Positions 23,146-38,100 of a stretch of DNA of 64,000 nucleotides are shown in pieces; the stretch's first letter is position 1; each line of letters starts with the position of its first letter. Location: assembly GCA_965637545.1 (NCBI GenBank), contig OZ281495.1, positions 23,622,001 through 23,686,000 on the forward strand, read 5' to 3'. The notes under the pieces are model-generated. The model saw nothing but the letters and a program-made list of their open reading frames with translations. It had not been told where the DNA came from and made no database searches. A program made the translations under genes and the position numbers. The DNA is from Phallusia mammillata. Taxonomy: Eukaryota.

Positions 23146-26100
23146 ATGCAAGACGCGGTGTTACCGAGTGAAAACGTCACCAGTCGATCAAGTTCTCAAA
23201 CCATTATTGCTTGGGACGATCGGCCAACCACCAAAATCATTCGTGAGATTACTTGCTTCACTTGTTCTTGCATCAAGGGGATGCGAACACTTGAATTTGG
23301 TGAGGACATTACAGAAGCTCTACGTAGGTAAGCAATACAAGCTTTCGTGTTCTACTACGTCATAGCCTAAACATAGCCACAATTTTGGACATTTACATGT
23401 ATTTAGTCATCACCGTAAACTAACAATACACCAAAAAGACAGGTACTTTCTATTTTAGGGTGACACAAAGTTAAACTCTACTGGCATGGCAAAATACTAT
23501 GACGTAACAAACTGCTATTGTGTCACACAAACAGCTTTACTGCTTCCTGACAATGGCGTAGATATCACTTCCGCGTGTAATACGAAAAACTGTCATTTAT
23601 AAATCACTGAATATTGGGTGTATGTGTAGTAATTCGGATGTAACAGGAGGCGTTAGTATTTTCATCTGTGTAGCTCTGTAGCTGAATGCGTTCGTTAATA
23701 ACAGTGTTGTGGTTGGTAATTGTTTGTTGATGGATGCCATAGTCCAAAATGCAAACAATTGGCAATGCCGTAAACCTAGAGTTTGGTCAAGAATTGTGCC
23801 AGTGCCAAGCTGATTATTTAGCGGCATTTAAAGTAGGTCACGGCGCTCTTGCGCCAAGAGAAAAAGGCGCAGCCATAAACGTGCTAACGAAAAAATGCGA
23901 CGGGCAACATCGCGCTGTGTTCGTGTTGTGTAGAATCGCAGAAGTCGGTTGTAGTTTGTTTTGAAACTTTCGCATCTTCTTGCGTTGTTTGAATTTGTAT
24001 TGTGTAGCCGGAGGCCCGCATTTGTTTGTGGATTTAGGCGGTACGACATTATTGACAGGTTTTGCTAAGATTCAGTGAACAGGTGTGTGTACGGTATTTA
24101 GTCAGAAAGTGTTGAAACGAAATGCTGGCGTATACTGAGCGCTTTTTATTTGAATGTGTTGGTACGTTTTTACTCATTCATCTAACAGTAAATCGTAGCT
24201 ATCTTAGTAAATCCCATTACCTATCAATAGTGTAGGATGGGTATGGGTACACATTTATTTGCTAGTTACAGTGGCAATTCGAAATCGTTTTGTATTGTTG
24301 CCGTTTTGACATAACTTTCAAACGTTTATGTATTTGTCGCCATAAGGTGGCCTACAAAACTTCTCATACAATAGTGGTCAACGTTAACATCAAACTGTTT
24401 TGTTTGCTAGTTGCCCTACGAACGCATTTGTAGCGCTAAGCAAGGCCAAGCGCGCCAAGCAAGCATCGACTTTTCGGCGGAGCAGCTTTGGTCGCAACAG
24501 CTTCGTCCGGCAATACTTTGGATATTATAATTACAACATCGAACCGTTCCCAGTATACCAGCGGAATATCGCACCTGAAGGGTCTGGATACGAATCAGAT
24601 TCGTCCGACTACAGTTCTTGCTCAGGTCGGGTTGGTTCCCCAGAAACTGCTAAAAAAATTCCTACCCCGCCTACTCGTTCATCGTCCACGGACGTCTCTA
24701 TTGGCGTAACCCAAGCCGACACGGATGAGTGCACCCGCATTGAGTGTCACGAGCCTTCACGACAACATAACGATCCTAAGGATTATAGAAGTGTCAAGCA
24801 GGAATCCAGTACAACAACTCATTTAAATCAGGGCACTGACAAGATAATTGTGAGGGAGTCAAGAACTGATATCGACATTGCTGTGACCGCTTTCCCCAGG
24901 AAAATGAAAGCGAATCCGGGCAAGAAACCAGTTCGCGTTCACCTGCTTACTGGCGACTCGATTTTACTGGTGTTTGATGTAAGTCACATTTCTGTTTCGA
25001 CCACTGATGTTTATCAATAAAAAAAATTTATATTGTTTATTAACTCTATCATTTTTACATGTTTGCCATCCAAATTATAGAATTTTTAAATTGTTTAGGC
25101 TAAAGCCACAGTTAAAGATGTATTTGATCAAGTATGTACGTTGCATTCCATCAAAGAGAGCCATTTCTTTGGATTATCAGCCGATATTGGTAAGCAATAA
25201 TATCTTTTGTATTTCTCACAAACAAGTTAACCGCTAAAGCTCAATTGCGTTCACTTATATTTTGTTAAACGTGCTGTCCTGTAACCTTACTGTTGTCGCA
25301 TTGCTCAGAAAACGAGCATAGATTCATGGATCCAAAACAGCGACTGAACAAGTACGCACCTAAAGAATGGGGAAAAGAACTAAAGCGAAGGGTAAGTACA
25401 ACTTATAATGTGCCCCTGTAACTGAATTAACTATATGTTCCCAACGCAATATATCGGTCAAAAGGTTTGTAAGTGTCAAACACAAGACTAAGTTGTAGTC
25501 AAAAGTTGTGTGCCATATTAAGAATGCATTATTCACACTTGGTGTTAAATAGCGGCGACGGTTGTTCTGGTGTACATTTAAGTTCTATGTTACGTCGTCA
25601 CTCGTCACCGCCATGAGTTTACGTGAAGAGTTTGAATCTTCAATCACCCACGGTCACGAGTGTGTATCGCCTTTCCAGCGAAAATCGAGAGTGTATTACA
25701 TTACTGTAGCCTTTTGCTGCCTCAAAAGCCCAATACCTTTGCAATTTGCCACTTCCCGCCACTCCATCGGGTTCTCAGTTCTCACAACCCGGGCTGCGCA
25801 GCTTTTGAACCGTGGCCGTCGCGTTTCGAGTGTGCTAGAAACTTGAACGCCAACCACAGGCTCTTGGGTTCCCTGAATTCAACCCCTTACGCACCCCCTT
25901 TGAAGCGAAACAATACAGTGTTACCATTACAGGATGAAAAACTGTCCAATATATAATATATACCTGATTTTGGGTGGTGATTGATGCATGGAAACGTTTA
26001 GAGTCGACACATGTTGTACCGAGTCACCCGGTCACCAAGCATTCACATTTATGTCTTAACTGATTCCAGAATAATTTCGCAACGATGCCAACAACACTCT

Positions 26101-29100
26101 TATAGATAAGGGTCTAATTCGATCAATCACACGTTGTTTATGTCTTGTCGTAACGTCGGTAATGGATTAGCCTGACTGTGGCACAGCGTGATTTTCGTGT
26201 CCAACTGTCAGCCCTGACACAGTTGTAATCATCGCTCAATCCTCGGCCAGCGCGGCAATGTTTGATGAACACTCGCGCAATCCTCAATATACCGACCTAG
26301 TTGCCGGCAAACATTCATTAGCGCTTGTCAATTCAGCTACCGGCTTTTCTTTGGCCTCGATACTACGTTGTTAGCGCGCCTTATATTTCAAGGGAGGGGA
26401 TCCAGGCAATATCCGATAGGTTTCTGCTGTATGTCAACAAAATAGCACGCCGATGTTTTACAAAGTCGTTACACCGCTCCTCGCGTATTTTGCTTCCCGC
26501 TCATAATTGCCACCAGTGTTGACGTAAGAAGGATTCCAGTTTTTAACGGGCCTCTCGTAAACGCTTTTAAATCATCTCATGCTCGCGCCAAACTTTACCT
26601 GCAGAAACTTGTTTTGCGTTTTGTTTTCAACAAGTTTCGTTCAGATGGGATCAACATAAAACATACTAAGATGGTAAAATCACTTGATTTATAAAAAGGC
26701 AAATGATTTAGCAATTTTGAATGTGTTACATTAATGCTGTTGCTATTGTACAGTTATTTATTCACAATTCGAAGAGCTGTAACTGTTTACCGCATTGAGC
26801 ACGATTGACAACTGGTCAAATTTAAGTTTATTTTCGTTGGCGACTTGGGATATCCCAAGCTTTTGTGTTGGTAGTGGGTATTCTATTTGTAGCCTCACGA
26901 CCCGGGCATCGAGATTTTGTGTTTCCTCGTTTCATATTGAACTTAGTGAGGCCTTATCCGTTGACAAAACAGGTGATATCCGGTGGGGAAAATTGTGCGC
27001 GACGCCATTACTTCTAAATGTGTCAACACTCAATATTAACCATTAATTAGAAGGCGATTTGTTTAAGTCTACATTAGATTTCCCTGTTTTAAGAGCAATC
27101 GATGAAAAGGTGAAAGTATTTTGTGGTAGAAGAATTTATTTTTAAAATGCCCATCCCGCGATGATTGTAATCTCAAACTATTTATAATATAATCCGTATA
27201 CTATCACTATGCTAACATCGTACTGTCATGTATATGCTAACAGTACATATGTTGTTTTAGGACAGCGACCTCAGCGTCCAGCCATCCTCAATCTTTACTG
27301 TGCAATTTCAAGTCCAGTATTTCGTGGAGCACCCGAAGCTTATAAAGTAAGTTGCCATTAATTAAGACATGGGCTGTAATGTATGGTTTTATTATGGTGG
27401 ACCAGTTTCGCCAATAAATTGGTCTTTGATTTCCCCAATTGGCACGTTTTTTTTCTGTCATAATACCCTTCAAAGCTGTTAGATTAGAGTAAATCCTCGC
27501 CGTGGCAAATTCATTACAATCTGCTTAATTGTGCAAGTCATGATTGAATCTGTTGTTTCGTCCTTGCGATTTCAGTAGTATGTAGTAGCAACGTTGTTTC
27601 GCCTCAGGCCACTGCGCTTTACGCGTGCACAACCGTTTGTCAAGGTTTAGAACGCTTTGTCCTGTGCTCCTCTGTTTCGCAAAACCAGCACCTGGGCAGC
27701 TTTTGTTCACCAAATTGCCGGCGCGAATTGCTTTCGTGCACTGTGCTAGTCAAAAAAGAAGTGTCGCTTGACGCCTGTTATCATCCGCTCCAAAATTTTC
27801 TTAATCCGTACGGTCGCAGCACCCGTATATTTGCCCAGAGTTAGTCGCAGGATTAGGTGACACAAAGCTTTCTTGCGCCACGGATTGGCGGCCTGAGCCC
27901 CGCATACCTGAGCGATGACGCAGCCATGTTCGCCCCCAGCCCGTTGTACAGTCATGCGTAGTAAACTGCGTGACTCAACTACCACCAATGCGAGTAAAGC
28001 ATTTACGCGTTGGCTTTGCACGGAGATTTTCGCTGATCCATAAAGCACTTTTTTGGTGAATAAGCGCAAAGGCTTTCGGCTATTTTGATTCGTAGCATGA
28101 CTTTCGTTTGTCAATTTGACCTGTACGACCCAGTAGTTTGCATAACAAAGTCATGTTAAACCTCCGATTTCACCATTGAGGGCTTGGTCGGTCAAGTTTA
28201 TTTAAAGGTCACAGCATTCAAGCGTGACTGACCAGCACAGTTTCAACATATCGTCGAAGTTTATGGCGTATTTCCTGATCATACCCAAGAATTTTACGTA
28301 TTACCGGTTTTACAATTTGGCAAGCGGTAGACCGCTCCTCGTGAAATTTAAACAGGCGTATTTTCTGTGAGCCGTGAAATTGGCAAAAGCTGAACAATGA
28401 GCGTGGTTGTTGGCGGGGCTACTTCATCGACGATGTGCAATCGCGAAAAAGTAGTTTGTTTCTCTATACTTAATGTATAACAAGGTCGTGCGGTCGGCAT
28501 GTGAATTGTACAGTCAATGTCACGCTTAGAAATAGAACGGTACTTTCAAGTGCTATTCAATAGAAGGAGAAACTACCAACGCCTTGATCATCAATGTGTT
28601 ATACTTCACTGAAATTTGTCCAAATTTGGCTTCGCCCTATTAGGTGGGTCTTGTTAAAATTTTTCGTCGTGTAATCATTTACAATGTACGTTACGGCTCG
28701 CAGATGCTGCTGATATTTCTTGGCGGAAACACTCGCACTAAATTTGATGTAATCGCCAATCAAATGGCCCTATTACGTATTGCCAGCGCGTGTGCCCGTC
28801 ACTTAAACCCACCCCACAGATTTAACAAGCCCCAACCTATAAGCTCTCTGCTCTGAAAAGCAACGTTTTCTTGGTCCGCTGGCCAGGACGCCGCTCGAGG
28901 TAAAATTGCCTCTTGGCTAACACGGTAATTGCTGCCTAGTTGACTTCGAAGTACTGTGGTGATTGACGGTAAAGCGTCACTGAATTTAATTGTGTGAGAA
29001 TTACTGCTGAGCCTTCTGCGGCCAAAACGTCCGTTTTGTATCAAAGGCTGCTAAAAGCGAACTGTCAAACCGCAAAACTAAATTACTTTAGTTGAAAACC

Positions 29101-32100
29101 TTGGTTTGCTGTAAATTGTTAGCACATGTGCAAATTACGTTGATCTCCTATTGTTTATGGAGTTTTTATTTAAATTCTACGGAAATGAAAGTGTAATTGT
29201 ACTTTTAATTCCATATGATTAGGGATCCAAATATCTTACTTTCATTTAACGATCTTTTTGTAGTGCAAACTGTCACTTAATGAGCTGACCATTCGTTGTA
29301 GCACAAGTACATGTTTTGTAGATATACATACTTTAACACCACTGTAGATATTTGATACTTGGTGATTGTTTATTGCAGCAAATAAACGCAACACAAACAC
29401 GTCAGTGGTCACGCGGCGCTGCAATAAACCTGAAACCGCACGGTCAGACGTTGTACGTGGAAACGTTTACAGTAATCGGATGATGTGTAGGTTATTTGTA
29501 CGAGACTGTTTATTGACCAGCGCTGCGACTGGTGTTGCAACTTTACACTTCAACAAAGCGTCAGAGGATTACGCACGTCTGAGTTAATAGTCGTAACGAT
29601 TTAGTAACGACAGATCGTGAATATGCAAACGGTGAATGATTTGTTGCATGATTGTTTTAAACATCTCAACCGTTGCTACATCACATAAGCTGCTAAAACC
29701 GTTTTTTGTCAGGTTTATTGATGTATTTTTTACCACATTCATTAGTGACTCTAGTTTTGGTAATATTTGTCCAAAAAACATAAATGTCAGTGAGCATGTG
29801 GTGAGAGGGGTGACATTTATCTCTAGTGTTAATAACACGCGTTCAGATGCACACTAGTGCTGTCATTCATTCTTGGCCGCATTCCAAAAACTCGCAGAAC
29901 TTCAACCCAAAAATCTGGACAATGGGCGCACGGCCAAGCTCACTTCGGTTATGTGTTTTGGAATTCCACGAAAGTCGAGCGCGGTGGCGGCGTATGTCAA
30001 CTTGTGATCACAGGCGGGGAAGATTAACCCACCGCGGACGCCTTGCCAGGCAAACGCTATTCTTTAATGGTACTTGAAGCGCGCGCCACGCTACTGGGTT
30101 TGTTGTGATTGTCCAGCGCGTAAATAGCTCGACTCCGAAGTTATTGCTCTTGGTTCATATCCCAGGTCGAGATCACTTATAGTTGACACACGCTCGTTGG
30201 ATGTGGCATCAAGTCGCCCGGTGTCGATGCCGTTGAAGTGGCGACGAGCCCAACCGCCGGACCACAATGAGACAACATTTTTCTGTTTGCTGACACCATG
30301 TTGCTAATGAGAGTATCGCGTTTCGCGTTGCTGCCCGAAGAGTTGATGTTTTTTTTTCGCATGTGGTAACGTTTATTGCAAACTGTTGACTGGAGCCTGT
30401 ACTGCCGGGTGAGCCCGTCTGAACCGCAACATACGTAATTGGTTGAAATATGCTGTGTATTTCCTACCCAAAGCATGTTAGTTAAAATAGACAGAAGAAT
30501 GTCGTGGTTCCAGGTACGCTTGGAATTCAAATTAGAAGCTGTGGTTCTAATAAATTTTCACGGAAATTATAGTACAACTTTTACTTTTCGCAAAATTACT
30601 GTCTCCGTGATAATAGCTTTCGCTATTCCCTGAATGTTTATCAGTTACCATTGGTTCAACGTCCCATTTACATTCGCGGTAGGGACTTCGTTCTCAGGGT
30701 TTTCGTACAAGAAAAAAGATGTCTCTGTTGTTGACGTCTCATAACATAAGTGTATCTTTCTAGCTCTCACCATTACAATTTTATTTAGGGACCCTAAATC
30801 ACGACATCATTATTATCTGCAACTAAAAAAGAATGTTCTGCAATCCAAAGTTCCATCCCAGGAGGAAGAAATATTTACCCTTGCTGCCACATCCCTGCAT
30901 CTCGACATGGGAACGTTCGATGCTGCCAAACATTTGGGAAGATATTTTGACCCCAATGAATATGTCCCGGCTTGGGTAAGAGTTTAGAACTGTATAAATT
31001 TGCAAATTAACTGACAATGTGTCATTGCTTTCTTGATTTAAAATATCATCAATATAACTTTTATTCAGTAGGTCTTAGTAGATATTGCATTTGAACTGTT
31101 GAGAGATACCAAGTACCCTGTGGTTTTGGTTTGATGCTAATGGGTAGAGCTGTTTAGACACGCCGCATGTGTACATTATATAACTTTCGTTTATAGTTTG
31201 CCAAGAAGTGGGGCGATGGCTACTTGTGGTCCCACTTACCGACGATGCACGCCGAGTTGTCAACGACTTCGACTTTCGAAGCCCAAGCGGATTACATCAG
31301 TAGAGCTTCATGCATCGAAGACGTTCCCGTACACTACTACAAACTCTACAAGGTTTGTTCCGTTTACGACCAACGCTTATTTATTCCAAACCATATATCC
31401 CCAAAGCAATTTTCACATCGTTTTCTTCCGTGACTAAAACAATGATTCATTATTGAACTGGTGACGTTTGGTTTGCGTAAGCCTGACTCTTGACTTGCTT
31501 TCTATAAAACGCCTAAACAATTCGCAGACTAGCAAGATAGTGCGTCACTAAAGGATTGCTAGGGCTTTCCTCCAGTCTATTAGGCAGACAACCCGCAGCG
31601 GTGTGGCGGATCTATTCGTTCCGATCTGCGTCAGCGAGATTTCGCTGGTCGATTGATTTTTGCGAAAATGAAGATTTTTACGAATGACTTGTTGTGAGAA
31701 AGTGCCATGTTGACGTCACGGAAACTAAATGTCTGGACACGTTAATCAAATAAAGATTTCGGGTCAATTTGTTAGCCCCAAAGTTGACCCTTCCGTTGTT
31801 TTTAAATGTTATAAAGAATAATTTACGTTTTGCCGAAACCGAGAGTGGCTGTGAGGTTTTGGGGTCATGTATGTAGGCTTCATGTTTGTCTTTGAGCTTT
31901 AGGCATCGTTGCAATCGGGCCAATCAATGCATTTACCCATCCCGTTGTTCCATTTCTGTCATGTCCTGCTGTTTTTTATTGTTTCCCGACCTTGTTTGCC
32001 GTCATATGCAGCTCTGTTGCCATAAAGTCAATCGGGTTTGTTGTTTGGACATGAAATTTCGTGCGATAAAACATACCGCCAACTGACCCTAACATTTACG

Positions 32101-35100
32101 TGACGATAAAAAGTTTCGTATAATTTAGGTCAGTTTTTAATTCGTTAAATAAATTTTACGCTAGAAGCAGGAGCGAATTTTGTTCCAACATGCTCCATAA
32201 ACAGACCTGTGTTAGTCAAGTGGTTGAATTGGCGCCATTTCCCGTCTTAGATCGCTTGGTCAACCTGGTAAACGTGCGAAAAGTGTTTGGTTCTCGGATC
32301 AACACGGGCGTGTTCGGCCATCGTAATCGTGTCTTGGACACAATCAAGTGCAATTGACTGTGAAGCTTTGCTCGTGGCGTGGACGCTCGAACTGTTAAAC
32401 TTGTTTCTCGCAAACATGTATTACACAACAAAATATTATTTCGCGTAAACGAATTTTTGCGCGTTACAAAATATTTGAATCATAGAGTTGCTTCCGCTTG
32501 ACTAGTTAAAGATGTGAACCACGCCCGATATTGCATCACTGTATTTATGCGCTGTCTTCAACGTTATGACCAATCAGCGTCTGCCGAAGTCAGCGACGAT
32601 ATCTTGGCGTGATTCACCAGGTTTTTACAATAAAGTTGTCAGTCGAGGCTGGTCGAGTGATTACGGCTGTATGCCCAAACAACACTTCTTCGCTAGGATA
32701 AAGTGGGCGCCGCAAAATAACTGACAACCCGCTGCTTCTGTTGTCATTCCCAGCGTTGAAAGTCAATTGCACACTGCGATGTCATACCAAGCTTCTTCTT
32801 TGCGGTCATTGTGGCAAGCTTTGCTTATTGCTGTTGTGCTAGGAGTATATACCACAACAGATTATCAGCAGGGTCCCGTTAAAAAGCTTTTTGCCCAGCT
32901 TCAACATTTCAACACCCTAAAATGTGTGGTTGGACAAGGTTTAATGCCAAACTGTTGTATCGAAACCTTTCCATGGTCCCTCATTGCAGCTTATGTTTCA
33001 TTGTGGTCAACACACACAGACACGTCTGGAAATTAGCTTTTATCGGGGCAATTTTCCAAAACTACGGTTGTTTGCCGTGGAGCCAAACGGCAGGAACGGT
33101 GTTGTGGCCAGCGTATCTCTTAACAGCAGACTGAACGTTTGTTTCAAAACGCGCCGTTGTCACAAAACCGTTCGAAATCGGACACCTAAGACAATGGAGG
33201 GGAGTTGTTGTGTGTTCTGGACACACACAAACTGTTGTGGGTCTTTCGTTTTCGTTTTAAATGAGAGATACTACCCATGACGTCATTACTGTAACGGCTA
33301 CCAGGGCTAGAGTTAGTGGGAAATAGTTGACGGTTATAAATGCGGCAAAGGATCCCACTCCACTGCCCAATGCATTACTGCGGTACAACCAAGTCGAGAA
33401 GGTGTAACGTTACGTTTTGTGTTACACCACTGCTGTCTGAAATGGTGGCGCTACGGTTGACGTGAAAAATCAATTGTTAACAACGACCGGTGGCTGAGGA
33501 CCTCACGCACTTCCTGTTTTGACTGTCTCGCTTTCGGATGTAACTTTTGTGCAACCTTTAGCGTGTGTGGATTGCGCGCGACTGTTTGCATGGTTTGACA
33601 CCATTATATGTTAATGGCGTAAACGCAGACACTTGCAAACTTATGGCAAGCATATACGTTTTGTGCGTACTCTGATATTAAAATCAGGCAATCTAACAAC
33701 TTACATGTGCAAAATAGTATGATCTGCATTTGCTATTGCCATTTAACTGTTTTATTTCGCTCAAATCTATATATCCAATTGCTTACTATTAGACCGTGTA
33801 TCTTGTGAATGTAATTATCCCGTACTCTGTAATATAAATGTTTGTTTGTTGTTTTTCAGACCAAGAAAGAAACAGAAGCTTCAGTGATCTTGGGCATCTA
33901 CCACCAGGGCATTCGAATCCATCACGTGGCTAAGGACGGCAGTCACCTCCTCGACTTTGAGTTTCCCTGGGCAAAAGTGGGTCGCCTCTTTTTCGCGGTG
34001 AGTGATTACCAATAGACGAAAAATACCTGAAGTCAAAACAACGTGACCGTTTGCTTTGTTGCTGGCTCTAAGGGTTAAAAATAGAAACTGGCGTAGTGGT
34101 GCTAGTTTATACACTGTACAGCCTTTGGGTTGCTCCCAATCGCAATCATGGAGAATAGATATTGTGTTTGAGTGCAAATTCGGCCCAAAACGTTGCAATT
34201 GTTTCGACTCGAGAGCACGTAAACCTGTAATCTATTGAAGAAACACTTCACAAACAACTGCAAAAGTTCTTTGGTTCGGGTTTTGGTATGAGCGGTTCTA
34301 CGCACAGAACTGTCATAAAAACGTTCACGGCGACAAGCAGCAAAGCTTGCATGAATCCTTGTCACGCAACTCACCGAACACCGCGCGTGTCACGTGATGT
34401 GTAAGTCACGTGACGTTGTTGATGCGTGAACTTCCCTGAAGGGTGAGCCTTGGACGAGCGATTTCCTGTCTTTGGCGAAGTAGACTAGTATAAGCCGTAA
34501 AACTGATCGAAGGTCCTGTAAAATACCACCGAAGTAGATAAATGACACCATTTGACGTATTTGTATTTTACTGCGAAATACTTGATGTCGGAATCTTCAG
34601 TTGTTTATTTTTTGAATTGAACTGTCGCAATATCTATTTTTCATTGGACCCTAAGTTGGGTTCTATCAAAAATGGAAATCATACTGCAGATTGCAGTGTA
34701 CGGTATTTTACTTCTCAGCAAGTTTTGTAACTAGAACTTGACGGCAACGTTTGTGTGTCCACCAAATCAAAATATGCAGCGGAAACTTTAACTTAAAAAA
34801 GCCCAAACAACACAAAACTGCCTAGCTGTCAAAATCAAAATACCGTCTAATTCGTAACCAGACTTAACTGTGAAGATGATTCTTGCCCTCCACCTAATCC
34901 GTAATTTCCTGTGCTAAACAAATCCCATAGTCGCCCTGCCGCGCTTTCCGCCGAGCCACCGCACCGCTGGGCATGATTATTTTCATCGCTAAATCCTATT
35001 ATTTGTCGTTGTGTTATAATGTCATGTTATAATGTCGCATCATGGTTGACTCTGATTGTCGGTTTGAGCAACTTCACTTTGTTTGTCGACACCGCGCAGC

Positions 35101-38100
35101 TGCTGTTTGCCTTTGCGCTCTGTTGAAAACGAGACAGAGCGGCAATAAAGCCACGGCGGTAATTAACAAGAATTCCTCGCATCGCTGTAGAGGAATTATA
35201 CCAGACAAACAGCGACTTTCATCGAAGTGAGTCCAGATTAGTTATTGTACATTGGGCGAATGTTAATTAGAATAGTTCTGTTGAAAACGATTTCAAGCTT
35301 TGTGTAGGCGGTACATACTATTTTTGATGGACAGCTTCCCAAAATGCCTCCGCACACAGAAAAATATGTAACCATCCCAGATGGTTTTACATCCATGTCA
35401 AGTAGAAGTGGTGTGTTTGTAGCAATGGTCGAAGTCGTAGTGTTGGCGTCCGTCTATTGCTCGTGCGCATCAGATCACGATAATTGGCGCGTGTGAAGTT
35501 TCTATTGATGTTCGGATTTTGGTCAAATGCACAGACAGATCTGAGCGCTCCAATCGTCGTAAATAACTCGCCACTTCTTGTGTCAAGTGCCGAACACTGT
35601 TCGACTTCACAGGCTTGTTCAAAATCACTTAGCGATGTGTTCGGTCGCTATAGTTTATGATGTGTTCCATTTTGCGTTGTAATACTGCTGCTCAGTTGAC
35701 CTTCGTCGGCCTTTATGAGCTGTAAACATCAAAATGTGATACTAAGGAGGCGTTGGAATGTTTATTCTATAGAGCTTTAATAATACACATTTGTTTTTAG
35801 GCCCGACGGTTTGACATCTATCCGGAAGATCTCCCGTCAAGTCGAAAACTCACTTACTACACCGGCAGTCAGACAAGATCGAAGTACCTTCTACGCTTAT
35901 TAAGGGAAACTCACTCGCTCTACATGAGCCTCACTCCATATGTTCAACACATGCGAAAGTCTGATGGACGACAAGGTTAGTTTCAGATTTTTGCAGATTG
36001 TTTGTACTCGTACTGGCCGAAATATAGTTCCCCTAAATAATAAATGACTGAAAAAGACGCATTCTTGTTTCAACCAAAGCCTGGTTTGTGCCGAAAAAAA
36101 TGTTTGGCTAAATTACTTACACAGATATTGGTTTTGGATCTTCAATTGCATAGAAAAAAATAGTATTGAGAAAGTTGCGACATACTGAGAATTAAACTAT
36201 TCCAGAAAATTTATCCAATCACTCCTATTTCCACGAATCGCCCAACACTATGTCTACGCCCACAGATCCGTTGTCAACTTGCATGTCTTGTTGTGTTTGC
36301 GTTGCCCGAGAAATTATCACTGGCTATCAGACCGAGAACATGTTAGCTCTTGCTCCCACGTTAGGAATACATGTCAATCGGCCTCGAGGAATGCACACAA
36401 CAAGTAGATCATAGTTGAGTCTTCGGCACTTCCGAAATAACGGTAGTAACTGAAATAAGTAAACAGGAGCCGTGAGAAAATAGACAAGGCGCGAGCTAGG
36501 CTTTAACATGGGTCTGCCCACAAGTTACAGGAAATGCTTGTAAACATGACTGCTTGAAGACCCTTTGATAAAATATGACCATGATGTCATATTCTAGTCT
36601 GATAGCTATTCCTGTAACCGTTTTACTCAATGTCTGTGCCGGACGATTACCGTAAATGCTGCGAGGGATAAGTTCAACTATTAAAAAACATATACAGGAA
36701 TTTTTGTTGTATCTTTTGCACATACAAGTAAATAGCAGTTTTCCTATGGTCTCGATGGGGCTTGTAAACATTTGTTATCTATAAACACTTCAGAGAAGAA
36801 GAACTTAAAAGGGAATGCAATTTCCCTTGTCTCTAGTGAGAAAAGACAGAACGCAGCTGCCGAACGAAGCCAACCCTCTTAACTGTTTAACCCAATTTTA
36901 AAACCCTAGCCAACCAACCATGTAGCTACTTGACGTGCTGCGCTCACATACAAGCACATCCTACGTTCTGTGTTACTAAAATGGGCTATCTTAACAAGCC
37001 GGCGATACTTGTTGAAGTGTGTAAGTCATTAACTGTAATGTTTTCTGTTGACAGGTCGACGTGCGTACAGAGAATCTTACATCAGCGGTCAGGACCTCGA
37101 AAAGGAAAAGTTCGCCTCGGAAAGACTGGTTGGAGATTTGGATGACTGTGGAAAGAGTCCTGCTTCCAACAACAGCAAAGACGGTAAGTTTCACCATTAA
37201 ACGTTTCACATTAGACCAGCATTTTTAATAATATAGGTTTTTGTGTGTGCTGAAGCAACATCGATAAGCTGTGAAACACCTTGTTATTTTCAGGTCGCGA
37301 CAAACTGTATAAGTCGTATAATTCTAGTACAAGTCACGGAAGCTCGCACACATCTGGAATCGAGAGTGATTCAAAGCAGAGGACCGAAGAGGAAGAGGAC
37401 GGTAAGAAAACAAACTTTTTATTTGACTGTTTGGTACTATTGTTTATTCTTGTCGGAACAAGCTCTTTAATGTATGATACTCATGTTTCAGATATTATCA
37501 CATAATGTTGTAAGTCAGGCCATGCTTTTCATTTCGGGTTCAGGCTTAAGTTTGAATGAAAGTGTTACTTTACACTGTTTTACCTTCGTGAATCTAAAGG
37601 ACCTAATTCAGACTTCATTATAAAATGTGGAATTCGGGCCTTAATTGCGGCCCCGTTTACAACTCTGATGGAATTAAAGCAAGTGTGCATATCATATTAC
37701 CCTAAATTTGCACAAAAATTGTGTTTTATTTCACTAAAATCGTTGTACTTGACTTACAGACAACGCCTTTGTGGATGATTTTGACCCGATCGAGCACGAT
37801 GGTCCTCCTAGCGGTGGCGTAATTTTTATCACTCAGGAACACTTGGAGGCGCCACAGCACAAAAGTTTGAGCGTGACAGACCTGACCGAATCAAGTCCTA
37901 ATGGGTCTCACGATGATTTGGACAAAGCTGTCGAACCAGGTAATTACTTGTACAAGTTGGTTTGATCATTGCGAAGACATAATGACTTACATGAGGTTAT
38001 TACAAGCTGTTCTAACCACGCCCTTGAAAGTGTAGGTGTTTGTTTTGTATGCGTGTTGTGTATTCAAGATAACGTACCGTTGAAGACTAAGAGGTATTTG

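Noticed and set aside
25560-36900. Numerous 60-120 aa ORFs inside FRMD6 introns as nested genes
   Set aside because: No recognisable domains or splice-consistent models; the lengths are expected by chance in higher-GC intronic DNA.
25400-37000. TEAD sites (GCATTCCA 29879, TGGAATGT about 35754) as Hippo feedback elements
   Set aside because: The handful seen is no more than expected by chance over about 12 kb.
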